Assembly (NCBI GenBank): GCA_017438635.1
Contig: JAFRUZ010000002.1
Coordinates: 623 to 64,622 of the forward strand
DNA from: Bacilli bacterium
GTDB taxonomy: Bacteria; Bacillota_I; Bacilli_A; RF39; UBA660
Direction of reading: 5' to 3'
DNA: 64,000 nucleotides
The notes under the pieces are model-generated. The model saw only the letters and a list, made by a program, of their open reading frames with translations. It ran no database searches and had not been told where the DNA came from. Shown here one piece after another: positions 29,673 to 41,130 of this stretch (positions are counted from its first letter, which is position 1; every line of letters starts with the position of its first letter). Made by a program: the position numbers and the translations under genes.

Positions 29673-32060
29673 TTAGAATATTAACATAGCCATGCAAAGT
29701 ATTATTACTGATGCAAGAGCAAGAGATAGTATTACTTTTAATACCCATTTTAACCAAGTAGTATATTCTACACCTGCTAAAGCAAGACCAGCCATTATAG
29801 CACCACAAGTTGGTGTAAATAGATTAACTAATCCATTAGCAGCAACTATAGTCATTATACTTGATTCTACATTGTAGTTAAGTTGTGCAGCAAGAGGTCC
29901 AATAATTGGTGCAGATATTGCTGCAAGTCCACTAGAAGATGGAACTAAGAATGATAATCCTACATGTAATAAATAGTTAAGTGGTGTAAATAGTAATACT
30001 GGCATTCCTTTTAATCCTTCTGCAGCATTATATATTATGTAGTTATCTAAATGTGTAACTCCCATAAGTATTGTAACTCCACGAGCTACAGCAATTATAA
30101 GCACAACACTTAATATATCAGAAGCACCAGCTACAAAGTTATCTACAATTCCTTTTTCACCTTGCTTATTAATGATTCCAATTATAATTGCTGATATAAA
30201 GAACCATAATGCAGCGTCAAAGAACCACCAATCGCCAAGAGCTGCTCCTGTTAAGAATGAAGAGAATGATAACCATTTAGTATCTACAAATTCTCCCCAA
30301 GGAATGAATCCAAATACCATTACTAAGAATGTGAAAGCAAATATCCATAATGTAGCTTTTTGTCTACCAGTTAAACTAACTTTTTCTGGATTCTTTTCTT
30401 CCTTACCATATTTCTTTTCCATTACTTTTTGTTCTTGTAATGATAAGAATGTAGATCCTTTATCTTTCTTTACCTTAGCAGCATAAGCCATAACAAATGC
30501 AACGGAAATACCAAGAGATACTAACCATAATGCTACACCAACTACCATGATTATACCTTGATTAACTGCTAACCCTTCAGGAAGTGCTGCTATCGCTGCT
30601 CCTGTTGCAAATGGGTTAACTGTAGATCCTAGAACCCCAGAACCTGCCCCTAATAATACTACTGCTGATGCAACAATAGTATCCATACCTGCAACTACCA
30701 TAGTTGCTGCTAAAAGTGCATAGAATCCTACTGTTTCTTCAAGCATACCATATGTTGTACCTCCAATTGAGAAGATAAACATAAGGATTGGAATAAGTAT
30801 TAATTCACGCCCTTTTAGTTTTTGCACTAGAGCTTGTATACCATTTTCTAAAGCTCCACTTGCTGATACAATGTTTAGGAACCCTCCTAAAACAAATATG
30901 AAAATACCCACATCTATGGCATTCTCAAATCCTAGAATTGGAGCCATCAGTATATCTGATAATTTTGCTCTTACTACTCCTGAACCATTTACTATTTCAT
31001 CATCAACAAAACGAGCTTGTGGTAAGAAATAAGTAATAATGCCAAGAATAATTATAAGAAGTAAAATAATTGAAAATGCTGATAACCCAAATTTTAGGTT
31101 TTTCTTTTTGGCTTCTTTTTTATTAGCCATCTTTCTATCCTCCTTTATTTCAGAACAAATAACAGTTCCAGTATTACCTCTTACAGCATCAAGTACTTTG
31201 TTTAAGGAAGTAATAACAGAATCCTTATTTGTTTCTACCGAAAACTTTAAACATGCTTTTATCTTAGGTAGCATACTACCTTCTGCAAACTCAGAAGAAG
31301 ACATATATTCATTAATTAATTTTTCATCTAAATATCTAATCCTTTGTTGATTCTTTTTACCATAATTTAAATATGCATAATCAACATTAGTTAAAATTAT
31401 AAATTTATCTGCCTTTATCTCTTTAGCAAGTAATGAACTTGATAAATCTTTATCTATTACTGCATCAACACCTACTAATCTATCTCTAGTCCGTACTACA
31501 GGAATTCCTCCACCACCACATGCAATTACTATATTACCTTCATCTATTATCTTTTTAATTGCATCTATTTCAACTATTTCTTGTGGTTTTGGAGAAGGAA
31601 CTACTCTCCTATAACTTTTGTTCATATATTCTTTGAAAACATACCCTTTTTCTTTTTCAAGAGCCTTTGCTTCTTTTTCTCTTAAAAAATTACCAATAGG
31701 TTTCGTAGGATTATTAAATGCTTCATCATCTTTGGATACTACTACTTGAGTAGTAACTGATACACATGTTTTCTTTATATTTCTTCTTTTTAATTCATTA
31801 GTTATAGATTGTCCTAAATGATAACCTATATAACCTTGGCTCATTGCATTACACTCTGGAAAAGGTATTTTATTATCGCCATTATCAAGTGCACTATTTA
31901 TCATGCCTACTTGAGGCCCATTTCCATGAGTTATAACTACACTATATCCATTTTCTACTAAATCTACTATTTTCTTTGAAACATTTTTTACTTGTTTTAA
32001 CTGTTCTTCATTAGTATTGCCTAAAGCATTACCACCAAGAGCAATTACTATTTTTTTCAT
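29673..32060 (-). CDS. arcC: Carbamate kinase (ArcC) fused in frame to YfcC-family putative arginine/ornithine antiporter
   Basis: [33 protein letters not shown] (aa 1-303); aa 311-795 multi-TM YfcC-like ([26 protein letters not shown]). Confidence 0.88.
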   Translation of the reverse strand: MKKIVIALGGNALGNTNEEQLKQVKNVSKKIVDLVENGYSVVITHGNGPQVGMINSALDNGDNKIPFPECNAMSQGYIGYHLGQSITNELKRRNIKKTCVSVTTQVVVSKDDEAFNNPTKPIGNFLREKEAKALEKEKGYVFKEYMNKSYRRVVPSPKPQEIVEIDAIKKIIDEGNIVIACGGGGIPVVRTRDRLVGVDAVIDKDLSSSLLAKEIKADKFIILTNVDYAYLNYGKKNQQRIRYLDEKLINEYMSSSEFAEGSMLPKIKACLKFSVETNKDSVITSLNKVLDAVRGNTGTVICSEIKEDRKMANKKEAKKKNLKFGLSAFSIILLLIIILGIITYFLPQARFVDDEIVNGSGVVRAKLSDILMAPILGFENAIDVGIFIFVLGGFLNIVSASGALENGIQALVQKLKGRELILIPILMFIFSIGGTTYGMLEETVGFYALLAATMVVAGMDTIVASAVVLLGAGSGVLGSTVNPFATGAAIAALPEGLAVNQGIIMVVGVALWLVSLGISVAFVMAYAAKVKKDKGSTFLSLQEQKVMEKKYGKEEKNPEKVSLTGRQKATLWIFAFTFLVMVFGFIPWGEFVDTKWLSFSSFLTGAALGDWWFFDAALWFFISAIIIGIINKQGEKGIVDNFVAGASDILSVVLIIAVARGVTILMGVTHLDNYIIYNAAEGLKGMPVLLFTPLNYLLHVGLSFLVPSSSGLAAISAPIIGPLAAQLNYNVESSIMTIVAANGLVNLFTPTCGAIMAGLALAGVEYTTWLKWVLKVILSLALASVIILCMAMLIF

Positions 32061-33043
32061 TTTAATGTAGCATACATAACAGCTTTTATAGTATGCATCC
32101 TATTTTCAGCTTCTTCAAAAACTTTTGATTTAGCAGATTCAAATACTTCATCAGTAACTTCCATTTCAGTTACTCCAAACTTTTCTGCAATATCTTTACC
32201 AATTGTAGTATCTGTATTATGGAAAGATGGTAAACAATGTAAGAATATAGAGTTTTCACTAGTCATATTCATTAATTCAGTAGTAACTCTATATGGTGTA
32301 AGAAGATTAATTCTTTCAGCCCAAACTTCATCAGGTTCTCCCATAGATACCCATACATCTGTATAAACTACATCTTTACCTGCAGCACCTTCATTAACAT
32401 CTTCTGTCAAAGTAATTGTACAGTTATTTTCACTTGCAATAATTTTAGCAGTATTTATTAACTCTTCACTTGGCCAAAGTTCTTTTGGAGCGCAACATGT
32501 AAAATTAACTCCCATTTTAGCACTCATTATCATAAGTGAATTACCAGTATTAAATCTAGCATCTCCAAAATATACAAGATTAAGTCCTTTTAAATGGCCA
32601 AAATGTTCAAGCATAGTCATAAAATCTGCAAGCATTTGAGTAGGATGAAATTCATTTGTTAATCCATTCCACACTGGAACTCCACTGTACTCTGCAAGTT
32701 CTTCAACTTTGCTTTGTTCAAAGCCACGATACTCAATACCATCAAACATTCTACCAAGTACCCTAGCAGTATCTTTAATTGTTTCTTTTTTACCCATTTG
32801 AGAACCAGTAGGCCCCAAATACGTAACATGCATTCCTAAATCATAAGATGCTACTTCAAAAGAACACCTAGTACGAGTTGAATCTTTTTCAAAAATACAT
32901 GCAATATTCTTTCCAAGTAAATATCTGTGGTCCTTTCCTTGATGTTTTAGATTTTTTAACTCTACAGCAAGATCTATTAAGTATTGTAATTCTTCAGTAG
33001 TAAAATCTAAAACCTTTAAGAAATTTCTTCCACTTAAATTCAT
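32057..33043 (-). CDS. arcB: Catabolic ornithine carbamoyltransferase
   Basis: DSTRTR, HPTQ, DVWVSMG, HCLP. Confidence 0.94.
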   Translation of the reverse strand: MNLSGRNFLKVLDFTTEELQYLIDLAVELKNLKHQGKDHRYLLGKNIACIFEKDSTRTRCSFEVASYDLGMHVTYLGPTGSQMGKKETIKDTARVLGRMFDGIEYRGFEQSKVEELAEYSGVPVWNGLTNEFHPTQMLADFMTMLEHFGHLKGLNLVYFGDARFNTGNSLMIMSAKMGVNFTCCAPKELWPSEELINTAKIIASENNCTITLTEDVNEGAAGKDVVYTDVWVSMGEPDEVWAERINLLTPYRVTTELMNMTSENSIFLHCLPSFHNTDTTIGKDIAEKFGVTEMEVTDEVFESAKSKVFEEAENRMHTIKAVMYATLK

Positions 33044-33044
33044 A

Positions 33045-34274
33045 TTAATCCTCCCTTATAAGTGGCATACTCATACAACGAGGTCCACCTCTTCCACGAG
33101 AAAGTTCAGCACTTCTCATTTCTAATACAGTTATTCCAAATCTTCTAAGAACATCATTTGTAACATTATTTCTGTCATATACTATTACCACTCCAGGAGC
33201 TATACATAAAGTATTAGAACCGTCATTCCATTGCTCTCTTTCAGCAGCTACTGGGTCACCTCCAGCACATGGTATTAATGTAATTTCTCTTCCTAAATGT
33301 TCTTCAAGTATTTTATTAAGCATTCCACTTCTAGCTTTTACGTTTATATCATCTTCATCTTCGTCACCTTTTGTTATCTCATATACTTTAAGAGTACTTA
33401 CGATTCCTGGATGATATGTGAATTTATCAACATCTATTTGAGTAAATACTGTATCTAAATGCATGAAAGCTCTACTTTCTGGAATTCTAAATGCAAGTAC
33501 TGTTTCAATTGTAGCATCAGGATCTTTAAATATATTTCTAGCAAGTGTTTCAATAGCATTTGCACTTGTTCTTTGAGATATTCCTATTGCTAATACTTTA
33601 TCATTTAGATTAAGTATATCTCCACCTTCAATATTATACTCATTATATCTATCAAAATATTTTGGAGTATCTTTAAAGTCTGGATGATGATTAAATATAT
33701 ACTCTGCATATATTGTTTCTCTATTTCTAGTTACAGAATACATCTTATTTAAACTTATTCCATTACCTATAGAAGCAAAATCATCTCTCGTAAAATATAG
33801 ATTTGGCATTGGATCAACTATAAACTCAGAATCACTTTCTATCATATCAATCAAAGATTTACCTTTTTTTGCTTTTTCTACAGTTATTTCTTTTATATTG
33901 ATACCTTCCATTGTTTTTAATACTAATTGTCTACTTGACTTTATATCCATCAAAAAGTCATATACAAGTCCTCTGAACTTTGGAGTTCTTACACCAGCCT
34001 CGTATATGTATTGTTTTATAAATGTTTCTTTTATTTCTGGATCCAAATCTAATACTTCTGTCATTAAGTCTTCCAAATAAACAACTTCTACTCCATTATC
34101 TTTTAATATCCTTGCAAATTGATCATGTTCTTCTTGAGCTACCTTAAGATATGGTATATCATCAAAAAGAAGTCTTTCCAAAGTATCTGGAGTTAAATTT
34201 AATAATTCCTTTCCTGGTCTATGTAACAATACTTTCTTTAGTGGTTTAATTTCACTTTTTATATTAATCATCAC
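33045..34274 (-). CDS. arcA: Arginine deiminase
   Basis: [33 protein letters not shown]. Confidence 0.96.
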   Translation of the reverse strand: MMINIKSEIKPLKKVLLHRPGKELLNLTPDTLERLLFDDIPYLKVAQEEHDQFARILKDNGVEVVYLEDLMTEVLDLDPEIKETFIKQYIYEAGVRTPKFRGLVYDFLMDIKSSRQLVLKTMEGINIKEITVEKAKKGKSLIDMIESDSEFIVDPMPNLYFTRDDFASIGNGISLNKMYSVTRNRETIYAEYIFNHHPDFKDTPKYFDRYNEYNIEGGDILNLNDKVLAIGISQRTSANAIETLARNIFKDPDATIETVLAFRIPESRAFMHLDTVFTQIDVDKFTYHPGIVSTLKVYEITKGDEDEDDINVKARSGMLNKILEEHLGREITLIPCAGGDPVAAEREQWNDGSNTLCIAPGVVIVYDRNNVTNDVLRRFGITVLEMRSAELSRGRGGPRCMSMPLIRED

Positions 34275-34318
34275 TTACCCTACCTTCCTTATTCTAAAAA
34301 TATTATACAACATTCTAC

Positions 34319-34390
34319 AAAAAAAGAAAAGCCTTTTTTACAGGCTTTTCAGAATAAGATTACCCAGTTTAGGCTCTCCCTTATTATTCC
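34319..34390 (-). ncRNA. Candidate terminated leader or sRNA upstream of arcA
   Basis: TTTACA-17nt-TATATT promoter (34397-34425), hairpin, then terminator GAAAAGCCT-N7-AGGCTTTTC-T7. Confidence 0.5.
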
Positions 34391-34506
34391 AATTCTAATA
34401 TAATATATTAAAAGAAAAATGTAAACACTTTGAAATAAAAATGTAATAATTTGACATATAATATGTAAATATAATACAAATATAAAAAGGCGATTAATAT
34501 CACCTT

Positions 34507-36264
34507 TTATTCACCCACATCATCAACAGGTTCAGTAGTATCTGCTTCTCCCCCAGTAGAAGTGCCAGGATCATCTGGATTATCTCCAGGAGTAACAACT
34601 TCCCCAGTAGGTTCTTCAGGATTTGTAATTACTTCTTCAGTATTCTCAGTTACCTCTTCAGTTGTTTGTTTCTCAGTTGTTTTCTTTTCTTCTTTCTTAG
34701 GAGTTACTTTCTTAGTAACTTTTTTCTCATTACTAGAAGTATTTGTAGTTGTAGACTTATATACTGCACTCTTAGTAACAGTATGAGAATTGCTACCATC
34801 ACCATCATATGAAGATTGTAATACTTCTCCATCTACTACTTTCTTAATCATTTCTTTAGAAAGTTTAATTGATTCTTCATCAGGAACAGTTACATAAAGA
34901 CTTTGATATGGATAAGTATATGTATAATCCATACTTCCTGTACCTGTTAGACTATTTGATGTAATAGTCCATTTAGAATTATCTCTAAGTTGCATCTTAG
35001 CAAGTTTAATTATATTTCTCATAGGCATATCTGTAATCATACTATCCTCTAAAGAGTTTAATAATGAATTATATTTAATAATAATTGAAGGTTTTGTACA
35101 TTTTCTAAATATTGCTTCAATCATAGCTTGTTGATTCTTACCTCTTTGATTATCACCAGCATTAAATGTTTTTCTTTCACGTACAAATGATAATGCTTCC
35201 TTACCATTTACTCTGTTATATCCTTTACTAAAGTTATAACCATTCCAACTTTGGAAATCATATTCAGAGTATACATCTACTCCTCCCAAAGCATCTACTA
35301 TATTAACTAGACTACTAAAGTTAACTTTAAAGTAATAATTAATTTTAATACCAAGTAAATCTTCAATAGTAGCAACAGAAGTATCAAGTCCATATATACC
35401 AGCATGTGTTAGCTTATCTTTATATCCATCAGTATCATGTAATTGTACATAATAATCTCTTGGAATATTTGTCAGTAATATTTGCTTAGTTTTTGGATTA
35501 ATAGTAATAACCATATTAACGTCACTTCTAGAAGTCTCTGCTACTTTGCCATATTGATCCATACCACTTATATAAATATTAAATACATCTTTTGTAACAT
35601 TTAAGCCATCTGATTTTATAGGCATCTTAACTTTAAATGTATATAAAACTCTTGTTTTATCACTAAAGCCTTTTATTGATGCATTACCAGATTTTTCTAA
35701 TTTTGCTTGTTGAGAACTTTCTAGTAAAATTCCTGCAATTTTTCTATTGAATAAACTTGTTGCTAAAGATTCTAAGTTTCCATAGCCAACATTAGTAGTT
35801 TTAACTTTATTAGTAAGTGTACTAAGTGCTTTCTTAGTAGCATCACTATTATCGTTATAATACCCTAAATTCTTATCTGCAATATCAGCAATATCTTTAT
35901 AAACACTTTCAGATCTTACTAATACGTTATAAGTATATTCTTTATATTCCATACTCATATCATCTAACAATCCTAATGTCCTATAAATAAAGAATGAAGC
36001 TCCTAAGAATAGAACACATAATAGAAGTGCTAAAACAGTAAAGAATCTTCTAGGTTTTTTTCTTATTTTTCTCTTAAACAAAAAGAAATTTATAATAAGG
36101 TTTATAAGAAATAGTACTCCTATAAATATAGATAAATACTTAATAGGAAGAACATTTGAAAGAAGTACTATTCCTAAAAGTATAATTGAACATATCATGA
36201 ATAACATACCAACTACTTTATAGCCAGTAATTTTCTTTTTTCTATTGTTTTTACGTTTTCCCAT
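34507..36264 (-). CDS. LCP (LytR-CpsA-Psr) family cell-wall glycopolymer transferase
   Basis: 3 N-terminal TM; SRSDVNM, IPRDYYV, KLTHAG, FVRER, QRGKNQQ; low-complexity tail. Confidence 0.92.
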   Translation of the reverse strand: MGKRKNNRKKKITGYKVVGMLFMICSIILLGIVLLSNVLPIKYLSIFIGVLFLINLIINFFLFKRKIRKKPRRFFTVLALLLCVLFLGASFFIYRTLGLLDDMSMEYKEYTYNVLVRSESVYKDIADIADKNLGYYNDNSDATKKALSTLTNKVKTTNVGYGNLESLATSLFNRKIAGILLESSQQAKLEKSGNASIKGFSDKTRVLYTFKVKMPIKSDGLNVTKDVFNIYISGMDQYGKVAETSRSDVNMVITINPKTKQILLTNIPRDYYVQLHDTDGYKDKLTHAGIYGLDTSVATIEDLLGIKINYYFKVNFSSLVNIVDALGGVDVYSEYDFQSWNGYNFSKGYNRVNGKEALSFVRERKTFNAGDNQRGKNQQAMIEAIFRKCTKPSIIIKYNSLLNSLEDSMITDMPMRNIIKLAKMQLRDNSKWTITSNSLTGTGSMDYTYTYPYQSLYVTVPDEESIKLSKEMIKKVVDGEVLQSSYDGDGSNSHTVTKSAVYKSTTTNTSSNEKKVTKKVTPKKEEKKTTEKQTTEEVTENTEEVITNPEEPTGEVVTPGDNPDDPGTSTGGEADTTEPVDDVGE

Positions 36265-36366
36265 AAAACAACTCCTTCAGGCAACAAAAAATGCCTATAG
36301 TCAATTATATCACTAAAATGACATTTTATTAATACTTTATCAGTTTTTTGTTGAAAACTTTACACC

Positions 36367-37095
36367 TTAATATGCTTTACCCCTTATACCATATATAAGG
36401 TCATTATTTATAAGATTAAAGGCATCATCTATATTATTAAGGATATCTTGAGCCTCTCTATAAGATAATTCTACGTTGAATTTTGCTTTCTTATCATCTT
36501 TTTTAGGATTAGCAGTAAGAACACTACTATCACAGTAAAAATACTTTTCTTTTCCATCTTTACTAACTATTTTAAGAACATCTCCATTAGTAAGAACATA
36601 AAACTCTGTTCTGACATCATACCCTTCGAGCAAAGAAGCATTTCCATCTTTATCTCTAAGAGCTTTTTTACCTGATTTGACAATTCTCAGATACATACAT
36701 TTACCTTCGAAATAATTACTAACTTTTGAATATCTCATTCTGCCTACAACTTCTTTGTTGCCTTGATTTGTTATCTCGTATTGAACGTTATCCTTGGTAC
36801 ATGTAGATTTATCACCATCTTGGATATATCTAAGTTCATTTATAAATCTTTCTCTTTTTAAATCATCAGTTTTTTCTCCAGAATTTCTAAAAATAATTTT
36901 ACCGTTTTTACCATCAACATTAATATCTCTAGTTTGATTCTTAGAAACACATTTAATAGTGTTTTTATTAACACTCACATTTCTAAAATTACGCATTTCA
37001 TTAACTTTATCTATTATGTCAGATACTATTTGATTTTCATCAAAGCAAAGAACCAATCTATCAATAAATTGATCAATTAACATATCTTTGTCCAT
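36367..37095 (-). CDS. Hypothetical protein
   Basis: 242-aa ORF, GAGGTG RBS, own TTGAAA-17-TATACT promoter. Confidence 0.7.
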   Translation of the reverse strand: MDKDMLIDQFIDRLVLCFDENQIVSDIIDKVNEMRNFRNVSVNKNTIKCVSKNQTRDINVDGKNGKIIFRNSGEKTDDLKRERFINELRYIQDGDKSTCTKDNVQYEITNQGNKEVVGRMRYSKVSNYFEGKCMYLRIVKSGKKALRDKDGNASLLEGYDVRTEFYVLTNGDVLKIVSKDGKEKYFYCDSSVLTANPKKDDKKAKFNVELSYREAQDILNNIDDAFNLINNDLIYGIRGKAY

Positions 37096-37185
37096 AATAA
37101 CACCTCGGTCATCATAAGTATACTAAGAAAAACATAACTTTTCAATAAAAAAAGACAATCTTAATTGATTATCTAATAAACATAA

Positions 37186-37262
37186 TGGCGTCCCCGATTG
37201 GAATCGAACCAACGACCTATTGCTTAGGAGGCAATTGCTCTATCCTACTGAGCTACGAGGAC
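37186..37262 (-). tRNA. tRNA-Arg(CCT)
   Basis: GTCCTCGTAGCTCAG...ATTGC-CT-CCT-AA-GCAAT...GTTCGATTC...GGGGACGCCA. Confidence 0.96.
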
Positions 37263-37314
37263 AAAAAATAATACCTTATATATTATAACATATTATTATA
37301 GTTTTAAGGTATTA

Positions 37315-38211
37315 TTATTTTCTACACCTAGTTTTTAAACTTTTGTGTTCAGTTCTAGAAACTTGTTTTATTTCATTGTTTTCGTTAATGATTAAATGAT
37401 TTAATGCTAATTTTCTAACTTTTTCGTTTTCAGACTCTAATAGCAATTCTATAGCACCAGGATAATCATTTGTATGTAAAAAGTCACTTAATGTAGGAAC
37501 GGTAACAGTAGGATTATAATCATCTGCTACAAATTTATATCTATGAGAATGCCCAGATAATCGTACTCCATTTGATTCAAAATTATGACTAGCATGACAT
37601 ATAACTATATCATCTTTAGTATGAATGCCTATGATTTGTTCACCATATCCAAGTGGTATTATATCATCACGATATTTCTCAATTACTGATTTTAAGTTTA
37701 TACCATATTCTCGTAAAAATGCTTCTTCATGATTGCCAAAACCTAAAAAGGTTAAAATACCATCTACCTTTGGATAATTCTCAATTAATTCTTCTAATTG
37801 TTCTTGAGGTGTTAATATACATTGCTTATCTCCTTGCAATAAATCACCACAATGAAAAACTATATTAATATTATGTTTAATACAGTAATCATACATCAAT
37901 TCAGGATAACCCATATTATATTTAACATGTCCAATGTGAGTATCTGCTACGGCTAAAGCCCTAAAGTTTTTTCTATTTATATCGTTATTAATAGTAACGA
38001 TTTGTTCTGACTCTAAATTCTCTTTATTAAATACATAATTCCTAGTACCACTGTAATTATAAGAATTAGTTATATTAAAACCTTCGTTTTTTATGCTTTG
38101 AATTCTATTCTTTAATTCTTTCTTAGTAATACCTAACCTAGTACATATTATATCTGTTGATAATTCTTCTTTTATCAAATTTAATAATTCTCTATTTATA
38201 TCTGTCATCAT
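37315..38211 (-). CDS. Metallophosphoesterase with N-terminal HTH-like domain
   Basis: ADTHIG, CGDL, GNHE, ICH, GHSH; start moved to MMTDIN. Confidence 0.82.
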   Translation of the reverse strand: MMTDINRELLNLIKEELSTDIICTRLGITKKELKNRIQSIKNEGFNITNSYNYSGTRNYVFNKENLESEQIVTINNDINRKNFRALAVADTHIGHVKYNMGYPELMYDYCIKHNINIVFHCGDLLQGDKQCILTPQEQLEELIENYPKVDGILTFLGFGNHEEAFLREYGINLKSVIEKYRDDIIPLGYGEQIIGIHTKDDIVICHASHNFESNGVRLSGHSHRYKFVADDYNPTVTVPTLSDFLHTNDYPGAIELLLESENEKVRKLALNHLIINENNEIKQVSRTEHKSLKTRCRK

Positions 38212-38297
38212 TATTCCCCCACTATAATAGTACCATATCAAGGACATTTCTTCAAGTTTAAAAAATAAAAAAACTGCATTAAATGCAGTCATTTTTT

Positions 38298-39377
38298 TTA
38301 ATAATTTTTATGCATAAATGTTGGGATTTCTATTTCTTGAGGTTCAAAGTATGAACCACCTTCATCATCCTCATCTTCATCATCATCTATATAACTTGTT
38401 TCAATAGGAGCGTTAACTTGATTATACAATGCTTTTTTATTCTTCTTATCAAATCCTGTAGCAATTACAGTAACTATTACTTCATCAGTTAAGTTTTCAT
38501 TGATAACAGATCCAAATATTGTATTTATATCCGTATTAGCAGCAGCTCTTACTACTTCAGCAGCTTGTTCTGCTTCAAATAATGTAAGATTTGCACCACC
38601 AGTTATATTTATAATAGCATCTGTAGCACCATGTATTGAAGTTTCAAGAAGTGGAGAGGCAACTGCTTGTTTCGCAGCTTCAATAGCTCTATCTTCTCCC
38701 ATACCAATACCGATACCAATAATAGCATTACCAGAGTTTTCCATTACTGCACGTACGTCCGCAAAGTCTAGGTTAACAAGACCTACTACAGCAATAAGAT
38801 CTGAAATTGATTGTACACCACGAAGTAAAACATTATCTACTTCTTTAAATGCATCAAGCATTGGTGTAGATTTATCAATTATTTCTCTTAATCTATCATT
38901 AGGTATAACTATTAATGTATCTACATGTTCTCTTAGTTCTTCAATACCTTGCATAGCATTATTCATTCTTCTCTTACCTTCGAAAGAGAAAGGACGAGTT
39001 ACTATACCAACAGTAAGTGCTCCTAAAGACTGAGCAATTTCTGCAATTATTGGAGCAGCACCAGTTCCAGTACCACCGCCCATACCACATGTAATAAATA
39101 CCATGTCAGAACCTTTTAAGGCTTCTTCTATTTCTTTTTTTGCTTTTATAGCAGTTTCTTTACCAATTTCAGGTCTTCCCCCTGCACCAAGGGTACCTAG
39201 TTGTATCTTATGTTCTGCTTTTGAAGCATTAAGCGCTTGAGCATCAGTATTAACCGCAATAAAATCAACACCTCTAACTCCAGCATCTATCATCCTGTTA
39301 ATGGCGTTACCCCCGCCACCACCAACTCCTACTACTCTAATCTTAGCTAGTTGGTCTGCCATTGCTAAATCAAACAT
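38298..39377 (-). CDS. ftsZ: Cell division protein FtsZ
   Basis: [24 protein letters not shown]-terminal IPTF. Confidence 0.97.
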   Translation of the reverse strand: MFDLAMADQLAKIRVVGVGGGGGNAINRMIDAGVRGVDFIAVNTDAQALNASKAEHKIQLGTLGAGGRPEIGKETAIKAKKEIEEALKGSDMVFITCGMGGGTGTGAAPIIAEIAQSLGALTVGIVTRPFSFEGKRRMNNAMQGIEELREHVDTLIVIPNDRLREIIDKSTPMLDAFKEVDNVLLRGVQSISDLIAVVGLVNLDFADVRAVMENSGNAIIGIGIGMGEDRAIEAAKQAVASPLLETSIHGATDAIINITGGANLTLFEAEQAAEVVRAAANTDINTIFGSVINENLTDEVIVTVIATGFDKKNKKALYNQVNAPIETSYIDDDEDEDDEGGSYFEPQEIEIPTFMHKNY

Positions 39378-39389
39378 AACTTCATCTCC

Positions 39390-40625
39390 TTATTCAAATA
39401 TCCTTCCAAATATTTTTCCTAGTACGCTGCCTGTCCCCATTTTTTTTCTTGCTTTTAGCATATCATCGACCTTTTCGTCTGAAAACATTGTATATTCTTT
39501 TTCTCTTAAATTAAGTTTATTAACAAAGTACTTAATAGCACCATAACAAGTTGCATACTTAACATCTCTTATACCGATTATATTAGTACTAAGGACTTGA
39601 CCCTTACTACCATAAACATCACTTACAAGAGCATCAAACCCTAACATTGCAGTAGATGCTCCTGTTACTATTATATAACTTATTTCACGATTTGTTAAGT
39701 TGTTTACATCATTTTTGACATTTTTAAGCATCTCAATAATTTTAAATTCTATCGTTTCTGCTAAAGGGTATTGATTAAGTTCAAGTTCTTGATCTAATCT
39801 ATTAACAATTTTATAATTTTCATCTGAATCTGCATATTTTCTATTAGCAACTCCATACTCTTCTTTAATTGTCTTAGATTTATCCTCTTCAGTTTTATAA
39901 TTGAAACTAATAGCTTCATCAATAGCATCAGAACCAATAGAAACAATTGACTCTTTTATAAGTATCCCTTTATTGAAAACTGATAATACAGTCTTTTCTT
40001 TACCAATATCGATTATTGCAACAATCTTTTTATCAAACTCTTCATCAGATACTGCTGCATAATTAGCTATTGAAGAAGTAATAATATCAACTACCTCAAT
40101 CCCCATATTTTCAAGTATTCCTACAACTGAATATACATTCTTTTTAGGTACAGATACTACAACAGATTTTATTGAAAGCTTATCACCTTGTAATCCTAAT
40201 GGATTTTTTACTTTTTTATTATCATTTATTTTATATTCAATTGGCATAATACTAACTATTTCTGTTGAAGCATTAATATTCTTCTTAACAGATTTTTGCA
40301 TACAGTTGAATATAACATCACCATCTATAATATGATCATCTGAATGAATATTAATATCACCAGTTGCTATACTTATATCTCTATTATTAGATGGAACAAT
40401 GGCAAGTACTTGTTCTATTTTAGCCCCTAACTTACTTTCAAGTTCTTTAATGACTTTCTTAATAGCGCCAGTAATTGCATTTGCATCTACAATTAACCCC
40501 TTTCTGACACCTTTCGAAGGAGAAATAGCAGTTGCTAATACATTAAATTTTTCGTTATACTCTTCCATTGTAACTGCTTTAATAGTATCAGTTCCAATAT
40601 CAATACAAGTGAAAATCTTTCTCAT
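39390..40625 (-). CDS. ftsA: Cell division protein FtsA
   Basis: IDIGTDTIK, GVRKGLIVD, NPLGLQG, IDIG, amphipathic C-terminus; upstream of ftsZ; start MRKI. Confidence 0.9.
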   Translation of the reverse strand: MRKIFTCIDIGTDTIKAVTMEEYNEKFNVLATAISPSKGVRKGLIVDANAITGAIKKVIKELESKLGAKIEQVLAIVPSNNRDISIATGDINIHSDDHIIDGDVIFNCMQKSVKKNINASTEIVSIMPIEYKINDNKKVKNPLGLQGDKLSIKSVVVSVPKKNVYSVVGILENMGIEVVDIITSSIANYAAVSDEEFDKKIVAIIDIGKEKTVLSVFNKGILIKESIVSIGSDAIDEAISFNYKTEEDKSKTIKEEYGVANRKYADSDENYKIVNRLDQELELNQYPLAETIEFKIIEMLKNVKNDVNNLTNREISYIIVTGASTAMLGFDALVSDVYGSKGQVLSTNIIGIRDVKYATCYGAIKYFVNKLNLREKEYTMFSDEKVDDMLKARKKMGTGSVLGKIFGRIFE

Positions 40626-40697
40626 AAGCATCCCTCTATACCTTAATAAAATTATACAATATATGTAGAAAAATAACAACCAAAAGTTATTAAAAAG

Positions 40698-40737
40698 CAA
40701 AAAACAATAGTTATATAACTATTGTCATTAAGTTATT
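40698..40737. repeat. 40-bp direct repeat, copy A (duplicate of spoIVA 3' end + terminator)
   Basis: CAAAAAACAATAGTTATATAACTATTG-TC-ATTAAGTTATT; 38/40 identical to 41131-41170. Confidence 0.9.
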
Positions 40738-41083
40738 GCTGACAATTATAAGTTTTCTGTATAGTTCCACATCTAACAGAGATTGTTCCACTAAAAGGAT
40801 ATGTAGCACAATCAGATTCATATTTTAGTTGTCTATACTCACTTTTTAATTTTTGAATATAATAAGTGCCATCAGTACAACTAACTAAACTATCAGGTTC
40901 ATCATCACTGATATTAAAATAAATGAAAGCACCAACAAAGATAAGTAATAAAGCTATTGCTATTGTTAATTTATTATTAGACTTTTTTGCCTCTTTATCA
41001 TTCAATTTATAACCACAATGAATACATGTTTTTATACTATCACTTATTTCTTTATTACACTCTGGACATTTTATCAAAGACAT
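40733..41083 (-). CDS. Zinc-ribbon single-TM protein
   Basis: IKCPEC.KEISD...CIHCG, TM, Cys-containing outer domain. Confidence 0.82.
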   Translation of the reverse strand: MSLIKCPECNKEISDSIKTCIHCGYKLNDKEAKKSNNKLTIAIALLLIFVGAFIYFNISDDEPDSLVSCTDGTYYIQKLKSEYRQLKYESDCATYPFSGTISVRCGTIQKTYNCQQ

Positions 41084-41130
41084 TTAAATCAACTCTTTTC
41101 TATCATATATATTATATCAAACTAGCAAAA

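Noticed and set aside
34419-34434. cre-like site TGTAAACACTTTGA over the arc upstream promoter
   Set aside because: Lacks the central CG and terminal CA; too degenerate to call.
29201-38300. Similar AAAACTGC...GCAGTC hairpins after the cotD-like gene and ftsZ
   Set aside because: Short similarity explained by ordinary intrinsic terminators in an AT-rich genome.
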